This document shows, in pieces, positions 38,401 to 48,539 of a stretch of DNA of 64,000 bases (within the stretch, counting starts at the first letter, position 1; each line of letters starts with the position of its first letter). The position numbers and the translations under genes were made by a program. The DNA is from an uncultured Spirochaetia bacterium (GTDB taxonomy: Bacteria; Spirochaetota; UBA4802; UBA5368): NCBI GenBank assembly GCA_937877025.1, contig CALEGE010000002.1, positions 41,189-105,188 on the forward strand. Reading direction: 5' to 3'. The notes under the pieces are model-generated. The model made no database searches and had not been told where the DNA came from. It was given only the letters and a program-made list of their open reading frames with translations.

Positions 38401-40824
38401 ATGCAGAAAGTCATCAATGTAGAAATTGAAGAGCAGATGAAAGACGCATATATGGCCTATGCAATGAGCGTTATCGTAGGCAGGGCCCTTCCTGATGTAC
38501 GCGACGGCCTGAAACCGGTGCACCGCCGGATTTTGCATGCAATGAATGAACGCGCGTGGCGAAGCGATCGCCCGTACGTTAAATCCGCGAAAATCGTCGG
38601 AGAGGTCATCGGTAATTTTCATCCGCACGGCGACGTGGCGGTGTATGATACGATGGTGCGCATGGCGCAGGATTTTTCCATGCGGAGCCCGCTTATCGAT
38701 GGGCAGGGCAATTTCGGTTCGGTCGACGGGGATCCGCCTGCGGCGTACAGGTATACGGAGGCACGCCTCGCGAAGCTCGCGGAGGATCTTTTAAAGGATA
38801 TCGACAAGGAGACGGTCGATTTTACGCCGAATTTCGACGACACACGGAAAGAACCGCTGGTGCTGCCGGCGGCGTTTCCGAACCTGCTGGTCAACGGATC
38901 GTCCGGTATCGCTGTTGGTATGGCGACGAACATCCCCCCGCAAAACCTGGGTGAGGTTATCGACGGAACCATTGAGCTTATCGACAATCCGGATATAAGC
39001 ATTAAACAGCTTATAAAAATAATCAAGGGGCCGGATTTCCCGACCGCCGGCATTATTATGGGATCGGATGGCATATACAAGGCGTATTCAACCGGCAGGG
39101 GCAGCATCATTATACGCGGAAGAATTGAATTTGAAGAGATAAAAAAGGGGCGTGAGGCGATTGTCATCACGGAAATCCCTTATCAGGTAAACAAGGCAAC
39201 GCTCATTTCCCGCATTGCCGATCTCGTTAACAACAAGGTAATCGAAGGAATCGCGGAATTGCGCGATGAATCGGACCGGTCGGGGTTGCGAATCGTGATA
39301 GGGCTGAAAAGGGATGCAAACAGCAGCGTCATTATCAATCAACTTTATAAGCACACGCCGCTTCAGACGTCGTTCGGCGTTATCCTCCTGGCGCTGGTGA
39401 ATAACGAGCCGAAGGTGCTGGATTTAAAGGGGATGCTGTCTCATTATATTCTGCACCGCAAGAATGTGGTGACCCGGCGTACGCAGTATGAACTGAAAAA
39501 AGCGGAAGAAAGGGCGCACATACTCGAAGGTCTTAAAATTGCGCTGGATAACATCGACGAGGTTATCAGCATTATCCGTTCTTCGAAAACGGTGGAAGAT
39601 GCCGATGGGCGGCTGCGCAAGCGCTTCAAGCTGTCCGAGATACAATCCAAGGCGATTCTTGAAATGAGGCTGCAACGCCTTACCTCCCTTGAGGTTAAAA
39701 AGATCGTCGATGAGTTGAAAGCGCTGCTCAAGCTCATAGAGGAATTGAAGGCGATTCTCAAGAGCGATAAACGCATTCTCGGTATCGTAAAAGACGAGCT
39801 TTTGGCCATCAAGGAAAAATACAGCGATAAAAGAAGAACGGAAATACTGATCGGGGGAGAATCGTCAACGTCGTTTGACATGGAAGACCTCATCGCCGAG
39901 GAGGATATGGTTATCACCATTACGAATGACGGCTTTATCCGAAGGCTTTCCGTGGACACCTTCAAGAAGCAGCGAAGGGGCGGCAAGGGTATTACGGGGA
40001 TGTCGTCGAAAAAAGAAGATTTCATCAAGATGATGATGATCGCTTCCACGCACGACATGATATTCCTTTTTTCAAATAAGGGAAAAATTTTCGCGCTCAA
40101 GACATATGAAATTCCAGCGGCGTCGAGGACCAGCAGGGGGAAATCGCTTAAGGGCATCATCAATCTCTCGACGGGCGAGGATATTTCCGCGATATGCGCC
40201 GTACCGGATTTTGAGAACGAGGCGTTCCTGTGTATGGTGACCCGCACAGGCATCCTGAAAAAAACGGCGGTGGATGAATTCAGAAACGCGAAAAAGGGCG
40301 GTATTATCGCGCTCAATCTTCGAAAAGACGACGAGCTCGTCGAAGTCAAGCTGGTCAACAAGGGGGATGATGTCGTCATCGCCTCCAGGAATGGATTGCT
40401 GCTGAAAACAAATCTTGCATCGATGCGTTCGATGGGCAGAAACTCTGCGGGGATCATCGGGATGCGCCTGTCGCAGAGTGACGCGGTCGTGGGGATGGAT
40501 GTCGCCAGGAAAAATTCATCGCTGTTCGTAGTAAGCAGCCTTGGATTCGGGAAGCGCATAGATTACAAGAACTTCCAGTCGAAGGGCAGGGGCGGCAAGG
40601 GTATGGCCTATCTCAAGGTGACCGATAAAAACGGCCCGGCTATCTCGATACGCTCGGTATTTCCCGAGGATGAGATAATAATCGCGTCCAGAAGCGGCAT
40701 GACGATACGGTTGCTTGCGCAGGATATTTCTCTCCAGGGAAGGGCTACCGTGGGCGTGAAGCTGCTCGATGTGGGAGAAAACGACGAGGTTACCGATTGC
40801 GCGGTGATTTCGGATGAAAAATGA
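38401..40824 (+). CDS. gyrA: DNA gyrase subunit A
   Basis: AYMAYAMSVIVGRALPDVRDGLKPVHRR with active-site Tyr region; QRDR-like GNFHPHGDVAVYDTMVRMAQ; C-terminal beta-pinwheel repeats. Confidence 0.95.
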   Translation: MQKVINVEIEEQMKDAYMAYAMSVIVGRALPDVRDGLKPVHRRILHAMNERAWRSDRPYVKSAKIVGEVIGNFHPHGDVAVYDTMVRMAQDFSMRSPLIDGQGNFGSVDGDPPAAYRYTEARLAKLAEDLLKDIDKETVDFTPNFDDTRKEPLVLPAAFPNLLVNGSSGIAVGMATNIPPQNLGEVIDGTIELIDNPDISIKQLIKIIKGPDFPTAGIIMGSDGIYKAYSTGRGSIIIRGRIEFEEIKKGREAIVITEIPYQVNKATLISRIADLVNNKVIEGIAELRDESDRSGLRIVIGLKRDANSSVIINQLYKHTPLQTSFGVILLALVNNEPKVLDLKGMLSHYILHRKNVVTRRTQYELKKAEERAHILEGLKIALDNIDEVISIIRSSKTVEDADGRLRKRFKLSEIQSKAILEMRLQRLTSLEVKKIVDELKALLKLIEELKAILKSDKRILGIVKDELLAIKEKYSDKRRTEILIGGESSTSFDMEDLIAEEDMVITITNDGFIRRLSVDTFKKQRRGGKGITGMSSKKEDFIKMMMIASTHDMIFLFSNKGKIFALKTYEIPAASRTSRGKSLKGIINLSTGEDISAICAVPDFENEAFLCMVTRTGILKKTAVDEFRNAKKGGIIALNLRKDDELVEVKLVNKGDDVVIASRNGLLLKTNLASMRSMGRNSAGIIGMRLSQSDAVVGMDVARKNSSLFVVSSLGFGKRIDYKNFQSKGRGGKGMAYLKVTDKNGPAISIRSVFPEDEIIIASRSGMTIRLLAQDISLQGRATVGVKLLDVGENDEVTDCAVISDEK

Positions 40825-40825
40825 T

Positions 40826-40856
40826 AAAAAAGGGGAGCGTTAAGCCCCCCTTTTTT
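40826..40856. terminator. Bidirectional rho-independent terminator between gyrA and the convergent SPOR gene
   Basis: AAAAAAGGGGaGC-GTTAA-GCcCCCCTTTTTT: a GC-rich stem flanked by A6 and T6, so it works on either strand. Confidence 0.6.
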
Positions 40857-40860
40857 ATCG

Positions 40861-41664
40861 CTACTCTTTCACAAGATAACTTTCTTCATAGCGGCTGTTG
40901 GTCTGGATCTCCTTCATTACATCAACAGCCTTGTTTTTCGACGCGATAGGTCCTATCCGCACCCTGAAATAATTTTTTCCGTTGACCAGGCTGCGATCGA
41001 TATAAGAATCGTAGCTGAGCTTTTTCAGTGATTCAACTTCGGCGAGCGCCTTGGCGCGTTTGTCGAACGACGCGACCTGAACTGCGTACCCCTTTTTATG
41101 AGTGGAAGCGTCATAGTTTTTTTCTTTTGACGATACCTCCACAATCCGGTGTTTCTTCGCAGGCTTTTCCTTTTTTGCGATATTTTTATGTTTGGCTGTC
41201 TGCTTTGGATTCTCGACGGCCGGTCTCTTTTCTGGCTCCATGGGGGGAATGACTTCCTGTATGGTATCGGACGTGAGTATGTCGGAGGATGCCGGATTTT
41301 TTCCGGCCGCAACGCTTTCGTTATTTTTCGCGAAATAATCCCTGCTTTTTTCATCGGGAGGCAGGATGCTGTTTTTTGAGGTATCGGGCGTGATTCCCGG
41401 TATATGCTCGTCGGTAATAGAGAGCGCCGATTTTGTATCCGCGGGATTCTCGGTTATGGGAAAATCGTACAGCGCATCTTTTGACGCAAACGTGTCTTCG
41501 GCTTTCGATCCGGGGTGTGTAAGGTTCATACCGAGCAAAAACGATATTATGATGACGCCGATAAACACCGCGCCAATAATTATTAAACGGGGCGTGTCGA
41601 GGTGAAGGATGTACATGTTTTTTTCCTTCATTCCTTTCGCGCGCATTTCATCAAACTGTTCCAT
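40861..41664 (-). CDS. SPOR domain-containing membrane protein (cell-division/peptidoglycan-binding)
   Basis: One TM helix, a Lys-rich low-complexity linker and a C-terminal SPOR-like region (GYAVQVASF...NGKNYFRVRIGPIASKNKA). Confidence 0.7.
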   Translation of the reverse strand: MEQFDEMRAKGMKEKNMYILHLDTPRLIIIGAVFIGVIIISFLLGMNLTHPGSKAEDTFASKDALYDFPITENPADTKSALSITDEHIPGITPDTSKNSILPPDEKSRDYFAKNNESVAAGKNPASSDILTSDTIQEVIPPMEPEKRPAVENPKQTAKHKNIAKKEKPAKKHRIVEVSSKEKNYDASTHKKGYAVQVASFDKRAKALAEVESLKKLSYDSYIDRSLVNGKNYFRVRIGPIASKNKAVDVMKEIQTNSRYEESYLVKE

Positions 41665-42224
41665 ATGTCTGCTACCTGCCTTCGTGTATTTTCCAGGGTT
41701 GAAGAATTATCTATTACATAATCGGCCAGCTGCTTCTTACGGTTGAGAGAAAATTGGTGATTCAACCGGGCCTGTATCTCCTCCGCTGTTATGCCGTCTC
41801 TTTTTATCCCGCGATTGATTACCTGTTCGCTTTCAGCGACGACAACGATGTTTTTATCCATATGGCGATCGAATCCGCTTTCAAAAAGAAGGGGGGTGTT
41901 TATCATGTAGATTGCGTCGGGATTTGATGAAACGATATCCATCACTCGTTGTAAAATAAGCGGGTGCGTGATGTCGTTGAGCCTCTGTACGCGGATCTCG
42001 TCGGAAAAAACCGTATTTGCAAATCTCCGCCGATCAAGGCCGCCGGTATCGGAAAGAATACCATCGCCGAATTCCTTCACGAGCATGGCGAGGCCTTCCG
42101 AGCCAGGTTCGACAATTTCCCGCGCGATGATGTCGGTATCGATCACCCTTGCCCCAAGATCCTCGAACATGGCGCATACCGTTCCCTTTCCTGACGCAAA
42201 AATGCCTGTCACGCCGATTTTCAT
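41628..42224 (-). CDS. coaE: Dephospho-CoA kinase
   Basis: MKIGVTGIFASGKGTV P-loop; conserved CoaE blocks (VIDTDIIAREI, MINTPLLFE). Confidence 0.85.
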   Translation of the reverse strand: MKIGVTGIFASGKGTVCAMFEDLGARVIDTDIIAREIVEPGSEGLAMLVKEFGDGILSDTGGLDRRRFANTVFSDEIRVQRLNDITHPLILQRVMDIVSSNPDAIYMINTPLLFESGFDRHMDKNIVVVAESEQVINRGIKRDGITAEEIQARLNHQFSLNRKKQLADYVIDNSSTLENTRRQVADIWNSLMKCARKE

Positions 42225-42251
42225 ACACATCCTCCGTGCCGGGGGTACAAT

Positions 42252-43811
42252 TTATATAACGTTGTTTATTTGCAAAAACCTGGTTAATGCGTTCATCGCA
42301 CTGCGCGGAACCTCCCCGTGCGCCATATCAAAGGATGCTTTCAGGATAGATTGCACTAGTTTTGTATCGGAGAGAATTTTCCGCAGTTCTCTCGATGAAA
42401 TACTGTTGGCGCAGGAGGGGGCGTCTGCGAGGATGGAATGTACATACTCCCGTTTGTTAATTCTGCCTGCGCACGATGTATCGATAAAGTTTTTCATGGT
42501 GATGGATGGTACGTGTGATAGTGGCATGCCCCGTGATTGTATGTTGTAAAAATTCGATATCCCGTTGCTTTGCATTGCGCTCTCAAGCGTTTCTTTATAG
42601 TGAACGAACGATTTTCGCGTAAATTTTCCGCACGACCTGAACCCCCCGCTCGATTTCATGACATAATTGAAGTTGCGTGTTTCCCCTGGTTCCGTCCGCG
42701 TGGCATGATAAAGCGCGAACCGGTTTTGGTATGCGGTTCCCCGTGCATAAATTGCGTAATCCGGAAAGCTGAAGTCGAATCCGATGAGCGCACACGATCT
42801 GAAACCGAAACGGAACGCCGCGAATACAGCATCGCCCGCCACAGTCCCCGTGTGCGAATTTATCGTGCCGACGGCCCCGGGAGATAATTCATCAATCACC
42901 TGTGAGAGCGGATGTGTTGTAAGCGAGAGCAGTCCACCCGTAAACGACAAAGGAACGGGGTGCGAAGAAATACTGTAGATGGGCAGCCAGCGCCGGGCTG
43001 GCGATCCAAGGAAATGTTCGGCAATCAACGGCTGCGGGTCAATCGAAACAACAAAATCAGGGGTGATATTCGTCCTTTTGAGAACGGGCAATGCCGAATC
43101 GACGCACAGTATAAAAACGCGGTCTTGAATTTTGGCCAAAGTCTCAACAAAATCATCGAGCGACGGGCCCGATGTAAGGACGACCGCCGGATATTCACGC
43201 ATCGTTGAAAAAAAGGTTTTCACCGGATGCAGAGACTCAAAGCGGGCGATATTGAAAAGTATATTTCTGAAATAGCGTGCGCCAAACGCTTTCACCGTCG
43301 CCCTGTTTGCGGCCTTTTGTGAGAGTACCTTTTCAATTGTTTTTCGTATTTCCGTGTAGTATGCAGGATACGCCCGGACGGATGCAGGATGCTCGATTAC
43401 CTGTATGCCGATACTTTCGTCGAAAGAAATATGGTCGTGCAGAAGCTGTTCTATCTCATCGCCTGATTTGCCCGGGAAAAAAAATATTCGCGGCGTGTGG
43501 AGCAAAAACTGCGTTGAAGGAATTGACGCAATCGCGGTGTCGATGCCGGGATGGATATCGAAGACGAGAATGCGCGCATATTCCGATGCGCGTTCCGCAA
43601 GCGGGATGAGGTGATATCCCAGCCCGGCGCCCAGTATAATCAACGTGTTGTATGTGTCAGGTCGGAGGCGGGATGTGATACTTTCCGCTTCACGCAGGGG
43701 ATTTTTTGCGCTATGAAGGTATACCCTGGCGCCCCCTTCGGAAGTTACCGTAATTGTTGGGGTACCCCCGGAAGTCGGTTCCAGTGTATACGATGTTTCG
43801 CACGGAATCAT
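42252..43811 (-). CDS. DUF115 / MptE-like (motility-accessory-factor Maf-like) protein
   Basis: Central region (AVVLTSGPSLDD...FILCVDSALPVL...DFVVSIDPQP) matches the 6-hydroxymethylpterin diphosphokinase MptE-like / DUF115 core. Confidence 0.6.
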   Translation of the reverse strand: MIPCETSYTLEPTSGGTPTITVTSEGGARVYLHSAKNPLREAESITSRLRPDTYNTLIILGAGLGYHLIPLAERASEYARILVFDIHPGIDTAIASIPSTQFLLHTPRIFFFPGKSGDEIEQLLHDHISFDESIGIQVIEHPASVRAYPAYYTEIRKTIEKVLSQKAANRATVKAFGARYFRNILFNIARFESLHPVKTFFSTMREYPAVVLTSGPSLDDFVETLAKIQDRVFILCVDSALPVLKRTNITPDFVVSIDPQPLIAEHFLGSPARRWLPIYSISSHPVPLSFTGGLLSLTTHPLSQVIDELSPGAVGTINSHTGTVAGDAVFAAFRFGFRSCALIGFDFSFPDYAIYARGTAYQNRFALYHATRTEPGETRNFNYVMKSSGGFRSCGKFTRKSFVHYKETLESAMQSNGISNFYNIQSRGMPLSHVPSITMKNFIDTSCAGRINKREYVHSILADAPSCANSISSRELRKILSDTKLVQSILKASFDMAHGEVPRSAMNALTRFLQINNVI

Positions 43812-43869
43812 TGTTGGCGTCGGTTGATAACGTTATTTGAACTATTGACGTAATAATAAAAAAGCGCTG

Positions 43870-45402
43870 TCAATTATCAATTAACTTAAATTCCGTGCGG
43901 CGGTTTTGTTCATCATACCCCGGTCCCATTTTCGGGACCTTCGGTTCGCTTTTCCCAGCCCCCCTCACCGTGAAACGTGTTTCATTCAGCCCCTTTTGTA
44001 CGAGGTAGTCTTTAACAGCCTGCGCCCGCTCAAGGCTGAGCCTGGTGTTAAATTCGTCGTTGCCGTGCAGATCGGTATGCCCGGTTATCTCGAACCGGAG
44101 TGACGGATTCTTTTTTAAGTATTCGGCAAGCGTGGCCAGATACGGGAATGATTCGGTCCGAATGACCGATGATTCAAAATCGAAGTATATTGCGTGGATA
44201 TCTATGCGTGCCTCTTTTTCAATGGGCACGAGCTCTATTATGTATGGCGTGTTCAGGTGTTTCTCGATTTCGATCTTTTCCATTACAGGAAAGTATTGCC
44301 TGTGCAAGATTGTGACATCGGCATCCTTTGCTTCCGGAGCGAGCTGGACAACGGCTTCGCCCGTATCATCGGTTTTCTTTTTAATTTCATAGGTGACCGT
44401 TTTTTCGTCAGATTCTTTTATTTTGGTGGATACATTCATTTCCACCGACAGCGGCTTTTTTGTTTTTTTATCGCGAACAACGATTTTAAGCCCGCTTTCT
44501 TCAGCGGCAATCTGCGCCGTATATATGTCGTATAGCCCTGATCCCCCCGGGCGGTTTGAGGAGAAGAACACCTGCGTGTCAATGATAGTAAGGTGCAGCT
44601 CGTTGTATTTTGAATTTATCTGGGGCCCCATGTTTACGGCGGGCCCGTACTTCCCGTTAATGAAAGGGACATAATATATGTCCCAGCCGCCGTATCCGCC
44701 GTCGCGCAGGGACGAAAAGTAGAATCCTTTGCCGTCCGGCGAGGGCATCAATCCGAGATCCTGGGAGTTTGTGTTTATCGGCGCCGGCAATGCCTGAGGA
44801 TGTATAAATTCGCCGTCAGAATATTCGGCCTTCATGATGTACGCCCTGGTGATGTCGCCAAAGGGCCATGTCGTGTAATAAAGCGTCATTAAATCGGCGC
44901 TGAGGCTTGGCGAGCGTTCGTGATGTGCGGTATTGATTGTGCCCGGAAGCCTGATGGGGCGCTCCCACTGGCTGCCGTTGTGTCTGGATACATATAAATC
45001 GTATGAAACACGAATTTGCCCGGTGGGCTCGGCCTGCATTTCAATGCTGCCGTCCCTGTCCGACGAAAAGAAGATATATCCCCCGTCGGGTGTGATAAAG
45101 GGTGTTTCATCATTATACGGCGAGTTGAGCTCGTTAAGCGGCTGAGCCTCGCTCCATGCGCCGTTTGAATAATAGCTTATATAGAGATTCTGATACCGCT
45201 CTCCTCTGCGCTTCGAATTAAATACCATAACCTTCCCGTCGGCGGTGAAGGAGGGCGAGAAATCATCGCCGGGCGTATTTATGGCGAGGCCGATATTGCG
45301 CACGGTCCCCGTCATTTTTACGGGCTGTGAAAATGAGAACGAACATGTCACTGCGGTAATTATGGATACGACAAGAATTGTAAAAAGGGGATATGATTTC
45401 AT
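43870..45402 (-). CDS. OmpA-family protein with N-terminal TolB-like beta-propeller repeats
   Basis: Signal peptide; several PD40-like repeats (FSPSFTADGKVMVFNS, PFITPDGGYIFFSSDR, PSPDGKGFYFSS); C-terminal OmpA domain (FDFESSVIR...TGHTDLHGNDEFNTRLSLERAQAV). Confidence 0.8.
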   Translation of the reverse strand: MKSYPLFTILVVSIITAVTCSFSFSQPVKMTGTVRNIGLAINTPGDDFSPSFTADGKVMVFNSKRRGERYQNLYISYYSNGAWSEAQPLNELNSPYNDETPFITPDGGYIFFSSDRDGSIEMQAEPTGQIRVSYDLYVSRHNGSQWERPIRLPGTINTAHHERSPSLSADLMTLYYTTWPFGDITRAYIMKAEYSDGEFIHPQALPAPINTNSQDLGLMPSPDGKGFYFSSLRDGGYGGWDIYYVPFINGKYGPAVNMGPQINSKYNELHLTIIDTQVFFSSNRPGGSGLYDIYTAQIAAEESGLKIVVRDKKTKKPLSVEMNVSTKIKESDEKTVTYEIKKKTDDTGEAVVQLAPEAKDADVTILHRQYFPVMEKIEIEKHLNTPYIIELVPIEKEARIDIHAIYFDFESSVIRTESFPYLATLAEYLKKNPSLRFEITGHTDLHGNDEFNTRLSLERAQAVKDYLVQKGLNETRFTVRGAGKSEPKVPKMGPGYDEQNRRTEFKLIDN

Positions 45403-45477
45403 TGCTAATTGCCCCCCATATAGAATAAAATGTATATTTATAGATGCTATGAAAAAATATTAAAAGGCAAATAAAAA

Positions 45478-46353
45478 ATGAACACACAGCGCCATGTCGA
45501 TCATTCGCCGATAATCATTGATTCGCATGTGCATATATTCCCTCCGGAGATTATCGCACACCGCGGTCGATATTGTGATGACGGAGCATTCCGTGTGCTG
45601 TATTCATCCCCCGGTGCGCGGATGTGCGATCATGAAATTTTGCTGAAAACCATGGACGAGGCGGGGATTGCGCACGCTGTCGCGCTGGGCTTTCCATGGC
45701 GACGCACGGAGCTTTGCAGGCTGCACAACAGGTACATGCGAGAGGCGGCGCGCGAATCGGGGGGCCGTATCATTCCGTTCGGATCGGTCCCAGTGTGCGA
45801 TGAGCATGCGATTGCTGACGCTGTGCGTGAAATCGTCGATTTAGACCTTGCCGGGATCGGAGAGGTCGCGTGGTATGATAGCGGGATTGACCGGCACTCC
45901 GTGACCGTGTTACACGCGATTTTTTCCGCGGCAGGCGATGTATCGCTTCCCGTGTGCCTGCACGTGAACGAACAGGTGGGGCACAGGTATCCCGGGAAAC
46001 AATCCGCGGATTTTATGCTGCTCTACGAGCTTGTGAAGCGGCACCCCGACGTTGTTATAATTCTTGCGCACTGGGGGGGCGGCATACTTTTTTACGAGCT
46101 TATGAAAGAGGTCAGGGAAGCGTTTAAGAATGTATACTATGACACAGCGGCAACACCGTATCTGTATGATGACGCGATATATTCGATAGCGACAGACATT
46201 GTGGGCGCCGAGAAGATATTATTTGGTTCGGATTATCCGCTTATCAATCCTTTACGATACATCGATACAATACGAGGGATTAATATACACACGAATACGA
46301 AAGAGGCAATTCTCGGGGTAAACGCGCGTAAGGCAATAAAACTGCAAAAATAA
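45478..46353 (+). CDS. Amidohydrolase-2 family (TIM-barrel metal-dependent hydrolase)
   Basis: IIDSHVHIFPPEI N-terminal metal motif; later His/Asp ligands (ILAHWGGG, GSDYP). Confidence 0.75.
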   Translation: MNTQRHVDHSPIIIDSHVHIFPPEIIAHRGRYCDDGAFRVLYSSPGARMCDHEILLKTMDEAGIAHAVALGFPWRRTELCRLHNRYMREAARESGGRIIPFGSVPVCDEHAIADAVREIVDLDLAGIGEVAWYDSGIDRHSVTVLHAIFSAAGDVSLPVCLHVNEQVGHRYPGKQSADFMLLYELVKRHPDVVIILAHWGGGILFYELMKEVREAFKNVYYDTAATPYLYDDAIYSIATDIVGAEKILFGSDYPLINPLRYIDTIRGINIHTNTKEAILGVNARKAIKLQK

Positions 46354-46445
46354 ACAGTGAAGGGGTGAACACTGCAACAATCCGCAGGGAGCAGAATCGG
46401 CAATTGCGCCGGATGCACCGGTACGATTGCCGATCGCGTATCTGA

Positions 46446-46727
46446 TTATTTCTGAATACCTTCCATTTTCTGAAGCCGGATCTCACCGACTTTCGCTTTC
46501 AGGGCGGGATCGGTCTCGACCTTCTGGGCGAAATCTTCGAACTGTTTGAGCGTATAGTTATATTTCTTCGTCACTGCCTCCTTTGATTCTGGCGTCAGAT
46601 CCGTAGAAAGTATTTCATTTTCGATTTTTAGAAAATCCTCGGGCGTCATATCTCTGGATGCGGGTTTACACGAAACGACGAGTGCGGAACACAGCATAAT
46701 CGCGATGAATACTTTAAGGTAATTCAT
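46446..46727 (-). CDS. Small putative lipoprotein (93 aa)
   Basis: Signal peptide ending in a lipobox-like LVVSC; no motif. Confidence 0.5.
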   Translation of the reverse strand: MNYLKVFIAIMLCSALVVSCKPASRDMTPEDFLKIENEILSTDLTPESKEAVTKKYNYTLKQFEDFAQKVETDPALKAKVGEIRLQKMEGIQK

Positions 46728-47059
46728 AATCCCCCCCTGGATAAATTTTTTGTCTCACATCTGCATGAAACTTTTTTGTACGCGCGGCAGACACGCCGCA
46801 TTAAATCGCGGTAATTCATTATTTGCAATCAAAGAATACTTCATTTTTTTCAAAAATGTCAAGAATATTTCACGTGCGGCGTGGCGCCTTTCGCTCCTGT
46901 TACATGAAGGGGATTTATTCATTTGATATTATTGATATGCCGTGGTAATAAACAGGAAGGGATAAATTATTGTTGCAAAAATATTTTTCCCTTTTGGAAT
47001 TCGGCGTGTGGCGGAATGCAACCGCAATGTGGCGGATACTGTGGAGGAAAACAACTGCG

Positions 47060-48355
47060 ATGATCAAGATACGGAAACTCAAAGAACTCGATGCGCGGGA
47101 GATGGATGGCTTGTTGAACCGTTTTGGCGATGATTTCAGCGCAATTATGATCAATTCTGTCGTGCCAATCGTGAATGATGTGAGAGCCAACAGGGATGAG
47201 GCCGTCATTCGGTATACCGAAAAGTTCGACGGAATTCGGTTGCAATCCCTGTGTGCGACGGAAAAGGAAATAGAAGACGCGTATGCCAGAATTCCCCGGG
47301 AGGTAATCGACGCGTTTACCAGGGCGAAAGAAAATATCGAAGAATTTCACAGGCATCAAAAGCGGGACAATATCATCTATACGCGTGATGACGGCACGAC
47401 ACTTGGCATTCAGTACGAGCCTATCGAAAACGTTGCGATATATGTGCCCGGAGGCAAGGCGGCGTATCCTTCTTCGGTGCTTATGGGCGCGATACCCGCC
47501 ATAATTGCCGGCGCAAAAGAAATAACCGTAATAACGCCGCCTGATAAACGGGGAAGCGTTCCCGATTCAGTTCTGGTGGTCTGCCGCATTCTCGGGTTGC
47601 GGAGTATTTTGAAATCGGGCGGCGCACAGGGTATTGCCGCGGCCGGATTCGGGACCGAAAGCGTTAAAAAAGCTGATATCATCGTGGGACCGGGAAATAT
47701 TTATGTGACTGCCGCAAAGACATACCTTTTCAGCCTCGGGGTGATTCAGATCGATTCAATGGCCGGCCCGAGCGAGGTGCTGGTCATCGCGGATGAAAAT
47801 GCCGATCCGCGATGGGTTGCGTTTGACCTTTTGTCGCAGGCGGAGCATGAAGAGCGTGCACTGGCCGTACTGGTTACGACATCCGAAACGCTCGCGAATT
47901 CCGTTAAAGAGGAAATCGAAAAGGACATAAAGAGCGGATCGGGCCGGCACGAGATCAAGAAGCAGGCGCTCAAGAACAGCTGCATTCTGCTGGTAGATAC
48001 AATCGAAGAGGCGATTCAGTTTTCCAACCAGTACGGGCCGGAACATATGGAGTTTATCGTAAACAATCCGCTTGAATATCTTTCAAGGATACGCAATGTG
48101 GGCTCCCTTTTTCTCGGCGCGTACGCGCCGGTTGCGGTCGGCGATTATTATTCGGGGACGAACCATGTGCTGCCGACAGGCGGCGCCGCGCGTTTTTCTT
48201 CCGGGACGGGTGTCGATACCTTTCTCCGCCGCACGACATTTCAGCTGTTGACCCGCGATGCGCTGAACGCGGCCCGCGGGCCCGTGACCGTCATGTCGAA
48301 GGTCGAGGGTTTCGATGACAAGCACGGCGGATCGGTAAACGTGCGGTTCGAATAA
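47060..48355 (+). CDS. hisD: Histidinol dehydrogenase
   Basis: Conserved HisD blocks (GPGNIYVTAAK, SQAEHE, HLEF-like MEFIV). GGAGGA RBS 11 nt before the ATG at 47060. Confidence 0.9.
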   Translation: MIKIRKLKELDAREMDGLLNRFGDDFSAIMINSVVPIVNDVRANRDEAVIRYTEKFDGIRLQSLCATEKEIEDAYARIPREVIDAFTRAKENIEEFHRHQKRDNIIYTRDDGTTLGIQYEPIENVAIYVPGGKAAYPSSVLMGAIPAIIAGAKEITVITPPDKRGSVPDSVLVVCRILGLRSILKSGGAQGIAAAGFGTESVKKADIIVGPGNIYVTAAKTYLFSLGVIQIDSMAGPSEVLVIADENADPRWVAFDLLSQAEHEERALAVLVTTSETLANSVKEEIEKDIKSGSGRHEIKKQALKNSCILLVDTIEEAIQFSNQYGPEHMEFIVNNPLEYLSRIRNVGSLFLGAYAPVAVGDYYSGTNHVLPTGGAARFSSGTGVDTFLRRTTFQLLTRDALNAARGPVTVMSKVEGFDDKHGGSVNVRFE

Positions 48356-48539
48356 GCGCCGCGTTTTTTTTGCAAAGGCAATCCTGATTGTCATACCGGT
48401 GCCCGGCGCAGTAATGCCGGGCAAAAATTATAAAATGTATATAATAATGGAACGCGTCAAATTGTCGTTGACGGCATGTCGTGCGTCAACGAATGTAATA
48501 CGGTAATACATATTATAACGTGATGCGGGAGGGCGCGGC

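Noticed and set aside
39444-40559. 371-aa - strand ORF
   Set aside because: It lies antisense to gyrA, which is unambiguous; serine-rich low-complexity translation.
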